NCBI RefSeq assembly: GCF_004010195.1
Contig: NC_057749.1
Span: 13,042,399 to 13,075,951 of the forward strand
Source: Chiloscyllium plagiosum
Lineage: Eukaryota
Direction: 5' to 3'
Length of the DNA stretch: 33,553 nucleotides
In this document: in pieces, positions 22,160 to 32,956 of the stretch
Layout: the number at the start of each line of letters is the position of its first letter
How positions within the stretch are numbered: the first letter of the stretch is position 1
The notes under the pieces: model-generated
The model's database searches: none
What the model was told of the DNA's origin: nothing
What the model saw: the letters and a program-made list of their open reading frames with translations, nothing else
Program-made: the position numbers and the translations under genes

Positions 22160-22515
22160 GCTGCCTCACAGGGGCGTCAGCAAATGTAACTGGACACTGT
22201 ACCACAAATGAACATGGTCAAAAGCAGCAGACTTTGAAGAGTGGCTTAATGGACGTGAGAGAGAGAGATTTGAGAGAGGGTTCCCGAGTTGAAGGCATGG
22301 CTGCCCATCATGGGAATTGAAGTTCAGGTGCTGAAGAGGGCAGAATTAGGAGAGCACAGCGAGCTGGGAGGATTGTGAGGAGACTGGAGGAAATTACAGA
22401 TAACTGGATGCACAAGGTCATGGAGAGATGGGAATTGTAAAATTGAGATGTTACTTGACTGGGAGCCAATGCAGATCCTCGAAAACAGGGGGCGATAGCA
22501 AACAGTAAATGACCT
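22160..22515 (-). mobile_element. Old L2 LINE 3' remnant
   Basis: Minus strand cattggctcccagtcaag (HWLPVK), atctgtaatttcctccag and gccttca; resembles 28870-29122. Confidence 0.6.
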
Positions 22516-22527
22516 TCCTGAAACATG

Positions 22528-22888
22528 CAGGATTCTGAGAGGAATTGACAGAGTAGCTGGTTGTTTCCCCTTGTGGGAAAATCTGGGACAAGATGGCATC
22601 ATCTCAGAATAAGGGGTCACCACTTAAAAAGGATGATGAGGAATTTCTTTCCTCAGATGGGAATGAATCTGTCAAATTCTTTCCCACTGAGGGCTGTCGA
22701 GGCTGGGTTAATATTCAAGGCTGAGACAGACAGATTTTTAATCAGTAATGGGAATCAAGTAACGGGGAAAAGGCAGGGGAGTGGAGTTAAGGATTATCAG
22801 ATCAGTCTTGATCCCATTGAATGGGGGAGAAACTCGCCTAGAAAATAGAATGGCCTACTTCTTCTCCTTTTGTCTTCTTGTCTTATGT
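22528..22888 (+). mobile_element. CR1 LINE 3' end
   Basis: FPLVGKSGTRWHHLRIRG...RNFFPQ...RAVEAG..IFKAETDRFL followed by gaatggcctacttcttctcct 3' UTR. Confidence 0.88.
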
Positions 22889-23119
22889 TGCTGCTCAGCG
22901 TAAAATACTCAGCCACTGACAGTACTGGAGAGAGTCTATGCACTGGATAGTATTCATCTCTACCACTGGATGGTGCTGCGTTCATTTTACACTCAATGCA
23001 GCAAAGAATTTCATTATAAGATCATAAACAGTCTGTCCAGCTCAGCAGATTCAATATCCATTCTGCGTCATCCCGTATTCTCATATTTTTCTGTCTCTCT
23101 CTCGCTCTCTCCCATGTCT

Positions 23120-23415
23120 TTAATCGAACTGCCCCGTAAATGTATCAATGCAACCAATCCTGACCACTCTCTGTTGGAGGAAGTTCCCACATTCTCACTT
23201 TTATTCGTTCATGAGATGAGGTGCTGCTGGCTGTGCCCAGCATTTATTACCTGGAGAGGTGGCTGGTGAGCTGTAGTCCACTGGGTATAAGAAGTTTCTC
23301 TTGAATTTCCTCCTGAATTTTATTAGCAACTGTCCATAATATTGGACCCTGGTTTGGGACCCTCCCTCAAAAAGCAACATAGTATCTCGTTGAGCACATT
23401 TTATCTTACAAAACA
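23120..23415 (-). mobile_element. CR1 3' remnant with a nested LINE/SINE tail fragment (~23200-23280)
   Basis: ttcccacattctcact...gtataagaagtttctcttgaatt is CR1 reverse complement; the insert (cccagcatttatt) is the reverse complement of the tail at 24585-24630. Confidence 0.6.
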
Positions 23416-23759
23416 ATTTAATTCTTACTGGTTTATTTAAGAATAATGTGTTAGATCTTATTACTGGCCCCCGCTCGAGTCTTGAACCAACTGGACGTCG
23501 AGAAGGTGGTTTCTTGTGAGTCAGGTGAGATCACAAAGGCTGATGGGAGATCAGGGCTCTCCTCAAATTCACCTCCTTATCATTTCCTTCAGCCCTTCAC
23601 TCCTGAGTATCTGTTGACCTCATTCCCTGTTCACTTATTCCTGAACTTGAGTTGACCTTGAGTGATCAACGTGCCCATCACTTCCCTTGATCCTCATTTG
23701 AACACTTTTTTCAGTGTTTTCTGGGATTTGGACCATCCACTGGAACCAGACAAGATGGA

Positions 23760-24660
23760 TTGCAGAAATTCACCAATACTTTTCAGACAGCATTTTCCAA
23801 ACTCAGAACCACTTGCATCTAGAAGGACAAGGGCAGCAGGTATGTGGGAACACCATCACCTACAAATTCCCCTCTAAGCCACTCACCATCCTGACTTGGA
23901 ATTATATCATCATTCCTTCAGTGCCGCTGGGTTAAAATCCAGGAATTCCCTCCCTGACAGCACTGTGATGTATGTTATGATCCTAGCTAATGGTGACTTT
24001 GGACAAGTCAGAACCCACAATGAAATTTGGTTTGATGAATCATATACTTTTAAAGGTTTTGGTTAATGAAGTGATTGTTCACTAAAACATAGTCACACGA
24101 GGCGGTGGGATTATTTAAAAACAAGAGACAAAATCAAACAAGAAACAAACCAAGTTATCTTAACTTCTCTACACAGTTGGGAAAAAAAAATCTTAGAATA
24201 TCATGCAAAACAAAATTTCAGTCTATTCCCCAACATCATTACTTTACACCAATTAAATCCAGAAGCTTACCCTTTGATATCAAATCTTTATGCTTGATGT
24301 AGCTGACTGTCCCTAATTCTTTCCTGTGAATTGTTAAATCTTCTTACATGAACACTCTCAAAACTGAGAGTCTATATTTCCTTAGCTTTTTAGTAACTCA
24401 CTGATTTTAACCAAACACCTTTGGTCTGGAAGTTGTATGAATGATATTTTTCAACTGAGGTGATTGTGCTTTGGCCGAATTACTCGATATTCCTTTTCTG
24501 GAGGAGAACTTACATGAGACACCTTTCATCAAAACACCCACCTCCATTCACTGAAGCGGTTCAAGAAGGCATCACCACCTACTCTGGGGCAATTAGGATG
24601 GGCAAGAAATGCTGGCTCAGCACTGACCAACCCATAATTTATCATTAAATAAAGTGAAAA
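23760..24660 (+). mobile_element. LINE 3' end (shares its tail with the 17270/25482 SINE family), split by a solo LTR
   Basis: SRRTRAAG.WEHHHLQIPL, then GLKSRNSLPDSTV|...KRFKKA; tail gggcaattaggatgggcaagaaatgctggc. Confidence 0.72.
23973..24536. mobile_element. Probable solo LTR (564 bp)
   Basis: TGTTATGAT...ATCAAAACA termini (8/9 inverted match); the host LINE resumes on either side; no TSD visible. Confidence 0.6.
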
Positions 24661-25481
24661 AAAGTCTGCATAATTTTGTTAACGATAGTTAGGTCACTTC
24701 CTCAGTGACTCATTCTAGCAATAAAGCAGATTATAACAAACCTTAAAACCCAAATTCAATTAATGATGTTGCACTCCATTCCCAATACTCTATTTCATTT
24801 AGGGGGTTTGTACCAGTTAATGCTATCTCCGCTCATAGGGTCATCCCAGAGACCACACCCTTCATGTTATCTCTGGGTCCATCAGCTAAATACTTCCCTG
24901 CTTCAGTTCTGACTTCAATAACATTGTCATTTTTCACTGCCTCCCTAAATTAACTAATGCTATTGGACAGATTATTAAGGTGATTTTCCACAGTGAGTCA
25001 AATACTTCCTGCTCCAACTCTCACTTCAATTTGCTACATTCCCAGTATCTGCTATTCCCAATAATCCATTCATTGAGGCTTTTGGCCTATTGAGTCTGTG
25101 CTGGTCATTAGCTATCTCTTAATTATTCTAATCCCAGTTTCCAGCACTTGGTCCAATGTCTTATATGTATATCTAAACACTTCTTAAATGTTATGAGGGT
25201 TTCTGTCTTGACCACTGTTCCAGGCAATGAGTTCCAGATTCCTCCCATACTCTAGATGAACAAAGATTTTCCTCACATCCCTCCAAACCTCCTGTCGCTT
25301 ACTTAAATCTATGCCCCCAGCCACTGGTCCCTCCACCAAGGGGAAACACTTCCCCCATTTACCCTGTCTATGTCCCTCAAATTTATCCTCTCCCCCCTTG
25401 ATATTCCTCTGCTGCCCCAGCTTGTCCAATCTCTCCTCATAACTAAAACGCTCCAGCCCAGGAGACAGTTTGGTACATCAA

Positions 25482-25783
25482 AGGGGAGATGATGGCCTAG
25501 TGGTATTAGACTGTTACTCCAGAGACCCTGGTAGTGTTCTGGGGACCCAGGTTTGAAGTCCATCATGACAGATGGTGGAATTGGAATTCAATGTAAATCT
25601 GGAACGACGAGTCAATGAAACCATTGGCGATTGTCAGCAAAACCCATCTGGGTCATTAATGTCATTTAAGGAAGGAAACTATCATCCTTACCTGGTCTGG
25701 CCTAAATGTGACTCCAGATCCTCTGGGCAATTAGGGATGGGCAATAAATGTTGGCCCAGCCAGTGACACCCACATTCCATAAA
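25482..25783 (+). mobile_element. tRNA-derived SINE (second family)
   Basis: A box TGGCCTAGTGG, B-box-like ggtttgaagtcc, tail gggcaattagggatgggcaataaatgttggcccagccagtgacacccacatt. Confidence 0.85.
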
Positions 25784-26194
25784 TGCACCCTCTCCAGTTC
25801 TATCACATCCTGCCTCTAATGTGGATTCCAGAACTACACACAATACTCCTGTGGCCTAACCAACATTTTTACACCATCCTCTGCCTTGGCTAATAAAGAT
25901 AAATAGCCCATACATCTTTTTTTTTAATAAATATTTTTATTGAAAAGAAAAAAAGGTTTTTGGGTTTTTTACAAAATTACAAAACTAATACAAAATAGTG
26001 TAATCCTTTACAGTATAATGACAATAACAATATAAAAAGCTCACTATTAATCTACTCTACAAACTACCAAAACACAAAATAAGATATAAGAAGATATAAC
26101 AAAAAAAACTACATTATAGTACATAACTAACAACAAAAAGAGAGAAAAAAAGGAAAAAAGTAAATAAATAAAGAAATAAGCATTCAAAGTAAAA

Positions 26195-26615
26195 CATTAC
26201 ATTGGACAAACAGGCAGAAAACTAGCCACCAGGATACATGAACATCAACTAGCCACAAAAAGACGTGACTCTCTTTCACTAGTACCCTCACATATGGATG
26301 AGGAAGGATACCACTTTGACTGGGACAACACATCCATCCTAGGACAGGCCAAACAAAGACAAACACGAGAATTCCTAGAAGCATGGCATTCCAACCAGAA
26401 CTCTATCAACCATCACAAGTTGGACTCCACCTACCACCCCTTGAAAAAAGGAACAGGAAGTGACTTCACCACAGGAAATGACATCACCAACCCAAAGAAA
26501 TAAATAGAAAGCAAGAATTTTCAGCATTGCTTCGCCTGAGGCCCACTGAAGATGTTACCTGGTAGGGTGACGAAATGTCTGGAAATTAACCTTCCAGCTC
26601 AGCAAACCTGTATCC
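26195..26615 (+). mobile_element. Truncated Penelope (GIY-YIG C-terminal half and pLTR) nested in the L1
   Basis: HYIGQTGRKLATRIHEH...FDWDNTSILGQAKQRQTREFLEAWHS; colinear with 9045-9500; TSD AAGTAAAA at 26187-26194 and 26616-26623. Confidence 0.92.
26541..26590 (+). ncRNA. Minimal type-I hammerhead ribozyme motif in a Penelope pLTR
   Basis: cca-CUGAAGA(26546-26552)-U-GUUACCU-ggua-GGGUGAC-GAAA(26572-26575)-U-GUC-ugg. Confidence 0.78.
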
Positions 26616-27334
26616 AAGTAAAATTATGTCAAGTCATAACAAAACCCGTATTTATACAGGATTCTTCCTCCCAGGGGCCCCCCGAACCGACAGACATAGT
26701 CCCCATGGCTAGACAGTATGGCCGATACATCTGTATCGATGTAGCTCAGGAAGGGCCGCCACTGTACACCTTCTTAATAATTTTGTCCACTTGTCCCGTT
26801 ACCTTAAGGCACTGGTAGACATGTACACCAAGGTTCCTCGGATGCTTGGTGTCTCCCAGCATGCTACAGTTCATGTATTCCCATGCCTAGTGTATCACCT
26901 CACACTTATCCAGATTGAGCTCTGTTTCCCACTGATCAACCTGTCTGAATCTTCTGGTATTCTACATCCATCCTTTTTACTGTTTAAAACTCCAACATTT
27001 TTTGGATGATTCACAACTTACTGTTCAATCCTCCTACATTCAAGTGCAAGGGGCCCAATCCTGACCCCAGACTGTGGATGAGGCAAGGGAGGAAAAAACA
27101 GGGCCATTGGCAATAATTTGCAATTCCTCCCAACCACAGAAGAGGAGACAAGGAGTGGAGGACAGACAAGGTCAGCTGGACTGCCCTGTGCACTACACCT
27201 GGGGCTCAGCCAGCAGGATCCATTATTGCAAAACCCTTGTGAATATTCCTTCATCTGCCAAGGTCAATCTGTGAGCTCTCCTCAAGTCCCGACATATTCC
27301 CCTGTCTGCTGGAAATAAAGACAATCCGCACCAG

Positions 27335-28100
27335 TCTCAGGTCCCACAGAGATCTCAGGTCCCACAGAGATCTTAAATCCCACAGAGATCTCAGGTCCCA
27401 CAGAGATCTTAAATCCCACAGAGATCTCAGGTCCCACAGAGACCTCAGATCCCACAGAGATCTCAGGTCCCACAGAGACCTCAGATCCCACAGAGATCTC
27501 AGGTCCCACAGAGATCTTAAATCCCACAGAGATCTCAGATCCTACAGAGACCTCAGGTCCCACAGAGACCTCAGATCCCATAGAGACCTCAGATCCCACA
27601 GAGATCTCAGGTGCCACAGAGATCGCAGATCCCATAGAGACCTCAGATCCCCCAGAGATCTCAGGTCCCACAGAGATCTCAGGTCCCACAGAGACCTCAG
27701 ATCCCATAGAGACCTCAGATCCCATAGAGACCTCAGATCCCACAGAGATCTCAGGTCCCACAGAGATCTCAGGTCCCACAAAGACCTCAGATCCCATAGA
27801 GACCTCAGATCCCACAGAGATCTCAGGTCCAACAGAGATCTCAGGTCCCACAGAAATCTTAAATCCCACAGAGATCTCAGATCCCACAGAGACCTCAGAT
27901 CCCACAGAGATCTCAGGTCCCACAGAAATCTTAAATCCCACAGAGATCTCAGATCCCACAGAGACCTCAGGTCCCACAGAAATCTTAAATCCCACAGAGA
28001 TCTCAGATCCCACAGAGATCTCAGGTCCCACAGAAATCTTAAATCCCACAGAGATCTCACATCCCACAGAGACCTCAGGTCCCACAGAGATCTCAGGTCC
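27335..28100. repeat. 18-bp minisatellite, ~42 copies
   Basis: Unit TCTCAGGTCCCACAGAGA with interspersed variants (TCTTAAAT..., CCTCAGAT..., CCCATAGAGA); register preserved throughout. Confidence 0.98.
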
Positions 28101-28225
28101 ACTCACTTCTCTGTGTAGAGGCAACTGCAGCTGGTTCAGTTGACCTCAGTGTCTCGGGCTGGGGAAGGGAAAGCTATTAGTGATTGGGTTTGTAACCTAG
28201 AGATACCTGAACTACATACCTGAAC

Positions 28226-28697
28226 TGTGTGTGTAGATATGGGAACTAATGTGCATGTCTGTGAGAATGCACAGGTATGTGTGTGGGTGTGCCTAGATGC
28301 ATGTGTGTGTATGTGTGTGGGTGTGTGTGATTATGTATGTGTTTATATGTGGCTATATACAAGTGTACATGTGAGTCCATATGTGTGTATAAGTGCCTGT
28401 GTGTGTATGAATGTGAGTATGGCCATGTGTGTATGTATATGAATGTGTGTATACATGCGTGTGCATATGTCTGTATCTATAAATGTATGTTTGTGTGCAT
28501 GTATGTCTATATATGTATATATGTGTGTCTATATATGCGTACATGTGTCTGTATGTGTGTGTGTCTGTATATGTGCATGTGTGTATGTGTGTGCGTGTGT
28601 CTGCATGTGTTTGTGAGTGTATCTGTATGTGTGTGTGTGTATGCATATGTGCATGTATATATGTGTGTGTACGTGTGTGCTTGAGTGTGCGCACGTG

Positions 28698-28728
<31 letters not shown>

Positions 28729-28750
28729 TTGTGTCTGGCTGTGAGTGTGA
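28226..28750. repeat. Degenerate (TG/TA)n microsatellite
   Basis: Directly visible. Confidence 0.95.
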
Positions 28751-28869
28751 GAGGAACTGGGGAAAGAGATTTTCTTTTTAAATCTCTCCTTAGCCTCAAT
28801 GCTGTGTCCTGACTGTCTAACCTCCCCCAGTCTTCCTGTTCTTGGAGAGATCTGTGTTTCTTCATTACT

Positions 28870-29122
28870 GATGCCTTGCCTCCCTGATGTTAATCACTTC
28901 ATCACTGGCATCCAAACCTTCAGCTCCCCGGAGGCTGGCGTTCTGGAATTCCAGCCTAAACCTCTCCAACACTCTCTCCTCCTTTGAGGGATTTCTGAAA
29001 ACCTACCTGTATGAACAAGGCTTTCATCCTCTGCCTTGCTAACTCTTCATTTATCTCCATGTAGTATTTGTTTGATAGTCAATCCTGTGAAACATATTGG
29101 GAAATTTTTTAGTGTTATAAAT
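28870..29122 (+). mobile_element. Old L2 LINE 3' end
   Basis: ccttcagct...ctggaattcc...ctaaacctctcc...aaaacctacctgtatgaacaaggcttt...cctgtgaaac (F S..P..WNS...LKTYL). Confidence 0.65.
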
Positions 29123-29599
29123 CCAAGAGAAAGATTGAAAAAGAAATGTTCTCCATTCTCTGAATTCCGAATTCAGGGAACTGAAGAAAAGCTGAGTTTG
29201 AATTGGAGGAATTATATTTCTGAATGTTAAAAAGCTGCTGATATTAAGATTTGAAACCTGATTGAACAGAATAAAACTGAAGGTTAATTGAAAACATTTT
29301 GCACAGTGAGATCTATTATTCTATTAGTGACAGAATGATTTCATGGTAAACATTCCTACTGTTTCTCTTCGCTACCTTCAAGGGGAAGCTATAACACGCA
29401 CAATGTGTGGGGCAGAAACACCGGCATGGACTGAATGGCCTCTCTCTGGACTGTATAGTCTATGGAATATAGCATAGGAAGAGGCCACTCATCTCTTTCT
29501 GGTCTGTACTGGTTTGTTTTAGTGCACAGATCTCAGAAAGATTTGATACATATCAGACAACTAGATAATTACAGAACACTGATTGGCTGACTGCTTGCG

Positions 29600-30025
29600 A
29601 ACTGTAAAACCATGTAACAGTCTAACTGTGTAACAGTCTAATGGTCTAACTGTTTAACAGTCTAACTGTCTAACTGTGTAACCATGTAACTGTCTAACTG
29701 TATAACAGTCTCTCTGTATAACTGTGTAACCATGTAACAGTCTAACAGTCTAACTATTTAACAGTCTAACTGTGTAACCATGCAACTGTCTAACTGTATA
29801 ACAGTCTCTCTAACTGTGTAACCATGTAACAGTCTAACTGTATAACAGTTTAACAGTCTAACAATTTAACAGTCTAACTGTGTAACCACATAACTGTCTA
29901 GCTGTATAACAGTCTAGCTGTCTAACAGTCTAACAGTCTAACTATTTAACAGTCTAATTGTGTAACCACATAACTGTCAAACTGCATAACCATGTAACTG
30001 TGAAACAGGGTAAATATATAATTGT
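29600..30025. repeat. Octamer-periodic tandem array TAAC-NNNN, ~50 units
   Basis: Parses as TAACAGTC / TAACTGTG / TAACCATG / TAACTGTC / TAACTGTA / TAACTATT units. Confidence 0.92.
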
Positions 30026-30614
30026 TACCTTGTAACTATGCAACTGACAAAATAGAGAGGAAGGTGGAAATTTCTTATATTGTCATGCAGCTGTTTTAAA
30101 GGTATCGTACCTTCCTAAGAGCTGTACAAAGCTACACCATTGACACTTTGAAAGAACTCCAATAAGTTGCATTCCGTGGATCTTTCTCCAGCAGTTCAAA
30201 TCTTACTTTTTCAAATTCCTAGCTGAATCCCATGTTGAGTGTGGATGAGTTCCAGTTGGTGGGGATGGGAAGCGAGGTGGGAGGTGGGATACTGGGCGGA
30301 GGGCAGTGAAGAGACTGGCTTCAGATTGTCAAAGTGTTGTCAGTTATCTCCATGTGTACAAGAATGCTCTTGGCCCAAAGGCTGACAAACTCTACATGGG
30401 CCAGACTGAGGGATGGTCCATCCTGCCCCCCAGTTTAACAGCTCCCACTGCTTGGAGTGTAGGTGTGTTTAGTGGGATGTTAAACACAGAGGGAGGTAAG
30501 AAACTCATCACTCCTGAGATAGTTGAAGGTGGAGTTGGACAGAGACTGGAAATGGAGGCATGGTGCAGGTATGGAGTGACTTCACGCTGTCAAACAATTC
30601 AGTAATAAGCTTCT

Positions 30615-30872
30615 CAGATAGACAGATACATACGTGGAATCCTTACAGGGTGGAAGAAATCCACACTGACTCTCCGAAGAGCATCCAACCCAGACCCACT
30701 CCCCACCCTGTCCCTGTAACCATGCATTTCCCATATCTTTGGACTGTGGGAGGAAACCGGAGCACCCAGAGGAAACCTACACAGACAAGGGGAGAATGTG
30801 CAAACTCCACACAGACAGCTGCCTGGGGCTGGAATTGAACCTGGGGTCCTGGTGCTGTCAGACTGTGCCGCT
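30615..30872 (-). mobile_element. HE1/V-type SINE with internal deletion
   Basis: gactgtgggaggaaaccggagcacccagaggaaacctacacagac...gcaaactccacacagacag; homologous to 18657-18972. Confidence 0.88.
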
Positions 30873-32263
30873 GATGGGGGATCACTCATAGACAAATACA
30901 ACAGTTTGAACTTATCTACGTGACAATAATTAAACCAATAAAAAAGAATTGTAATTCTTGATGACAGTTGTGATGGAGGTGTTGGTGGAGAGGTAAGGGA
31001 TTAACAGGGCAACTTGCAGAGAGAGAGAATGATTTGGAGCAAACCCGAGAGGAAGATAGACATGTCATCTGAAATGAGAAGGCTTTGTGTATGTATGGAG
31101 ACAAATAATAATAATATGATTGGCTGTGACTGATTAAAGTCTAACTTCAGGAGCAGGGACACGGATCCATTAGTGATTGCACAGACAGATGAGGGGTGAT
31201 AAAACTGGCTCTTCAAAGAGATTTGGAATTGTTACATCAGGAAGGCTAATGGAAATGGTTTTGGAGTAAATAATCATTTAGATGAATGGACTGCCTTCAA
31301 AGGATTCAGAAACAGAGATATTCATGTTCTTACCTGTGATACTTACCTTTGATTAGACAAATGGCATTTAAAGGAGACAGATTTGTGCCTGTTCTTCAGA
31401 GTCCTTGAGAAATGGGTCTTGAAGTTGAGCCATCCTCTCTCTCGTCTGATTGAACCAATGGAAACCAATTATTAACAACATGTGGTTCATTTGTGTTTAG
31501 CTGGTTTCCTGTATGTTTTATATATCTGAGCAATGCAGAGGGGGCATGGGTTTTTGGGCAAGGAACAAGTTTGTTTACAGGAGATTTAATATCCCTCTGC
31601 GATTTCAAAATATTTAAATAACTTTTTATACTATTGCAAATAATCTGCACAGAGTGAGGGCTCCTGACAGCTTCAGTAGTGTCTGTTCAGTTTGCTGTGA
31701 GTTTGCACCTCAGCCTAAACAAATGAACACTGAACATAGATCAGTTATTAGACCCACACAATCAGGTACAGGTCAATTAAAGCATTGAACACTGTACCAA
31801 GAGCCATTCTCTCTCTCTCCTGATTCAACAGAGGAATACAATCCGCTGAATACATTGATACCACCTGGTACCTACAGAAAACATGTTACTGTGAATCATA
31901 ATAAGGAGGTGACCATGAACAAAGGGGAAACCTGGGGTTTTAGTAAATAAGTGCAGAAGTGGATAACAGTTGCCAAAGAAAGAGTTGAAGGTTAAGGGAG
32001 AAATGTAAATGAACGTTTAAACAAAAATAAGGATATAAAGAAGAAGCTTACTGACTGTTGCACTAATGACAAAAAGCGTTAGGAATAAATGACAAGGATG
32101 CCAGGCAGACATCGAGTGAAACCATTGATGATATTGATATTAATGAAGAAAGATTATGAGGGGAGAGTAATAGAGTGAAATGCAAATCTTGGGTTTGTTA
32201 AATGAACCAGTGTCATTGGACCAGTCCTGGATGAGCCAGTGAGGCAGAGAGCTGAAGAGGTGG

Positions 32264-32364
32264 GTCAAAAATGAAAATTCCTGGAGAGGCTCAGCAGGAT
32301 CTGTCAGTATCTGAGGAGAGAAGTCAGAGATAACGTTTCGGGTCAAGTGACCCTTCCTCAGAAC
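32264..32364 (-). mobile_element. 101-bp Penelope-pLTR mini-insertion carrying an intact-core hammerhead
   Basis: Perfect 12-bp TSD CTGAAGAGGTGG at 32252-32263 and 32365-32376; tail homologous to 21209-21260. Confidence 0.8.
32328..32364 (-). ncRNA. Minimal type-I hammerhead ribozyme motif
   Basis: Minus strand reads guu-CUGAGGA-A-GGGUC-acuu-GACCC-GAAA-C-GUU-auc; palindromic ACGU at 32333-32336. Confidence 0.78.
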
Positions 32365-32609
32365 CTGAAGAGGTGGACTGGAATCAGGTTCTGACCCAAT
32401 GGTCACACCCTGTAACTGGCCACAGTGACTCCGATGCCTCTAGTTCAGAGTCAGTGTGTGTGAACAGTCACTGCCTGATCTGATAGGCTGCACAACTGGG
32501 AACATGCTGCATCCAATTGAAACCTCAGTTTCTGCAGTTAATCTCCCTCATTGTCTATCACACTCTCTCTTTCCTTGTAGGTACTTTTTAAAACCTACCT
32601 ATATTTAAC

Positions 32610-32770
32610 AGAGGTAACTGTAGAGATTTTCAAATCATGAGGGTAGTGGGTAGGGTCGATAGGAACAAGCTGTTCCTATTGGTGAAGGATTGAGAACCAG
32701 AGGGGACAGATTCAAAATGATTGGCAAAAGAAGCAATGATGTCACAATGAGAACCTTTTCACACTCAGCA
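32610..32770 (+). mobile_element. Old CR1 ORF2 C-terminal remnant
   Basis: EIFKS/IMR...DRNKLFLLVKGLRTRGDRFKMIGKR. Confidence 0.7.
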
Positions 32771-32863
32771 AGTGGATTGGGCCTGGGATATGCTGAGGTG
32801 AAAACTCTGGATGTCTATGATTGGCTGTTGTTGGTTGGGTTATTGCCAGTGCTGAGAAATTAT

Positions 32864-32956
32864 TGGCTCAGTGGTTAGCACTGCTGCCTCAGAGCGCCAG
32901 AGGCCTGGGTTCAATTCCATCTGTGGGTAACTGTCTATGTGGAGTTTGCACATTCT
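32864..32956 (+). mobile_element. 5' part of an HE1/V-type SINE
   Basis: A box TGGCTCAGTGG (32864-32874), B box GGTTCAATTCC (32908-32918), tgtggagtttgcacattct. Confidence 0.85.

Larger units (their letters stand above)
25917..26761 (-). mobile_element. 5'-truncated L1/Tx1-type LINE 3' end
   Basis: Minus strand gives ORF2-end-like WRPFLSYIDTDVSAILS, a T-rich 3' UTR, AATAAA (25936-25941) and an A9 tail (25917-25925). Confidence 0.68.
25072..27075 (-). mobile_element. Old CR1 LINE remnant carrying three nested insertions
   Basis: Reverse-complement CR1 ORF2 C-terminus and 3' UTR in pieces 25072-25480, 25785-25916 and 26762-27075. Confidence 0.75.

Noticed and set aside
31339..31348. U1 snRNA 5' end (ATACTTACCT)
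   Set aside because: Match stops after 10 nt; better read as the reverse complement of a splice donor
32560..32586. Strong plus-strand acceptor immediately followed by GT (recursive splice site?)
   Set aside because: Donor half GTACTT is weak and there is no evidence of a plus-strand host transcript
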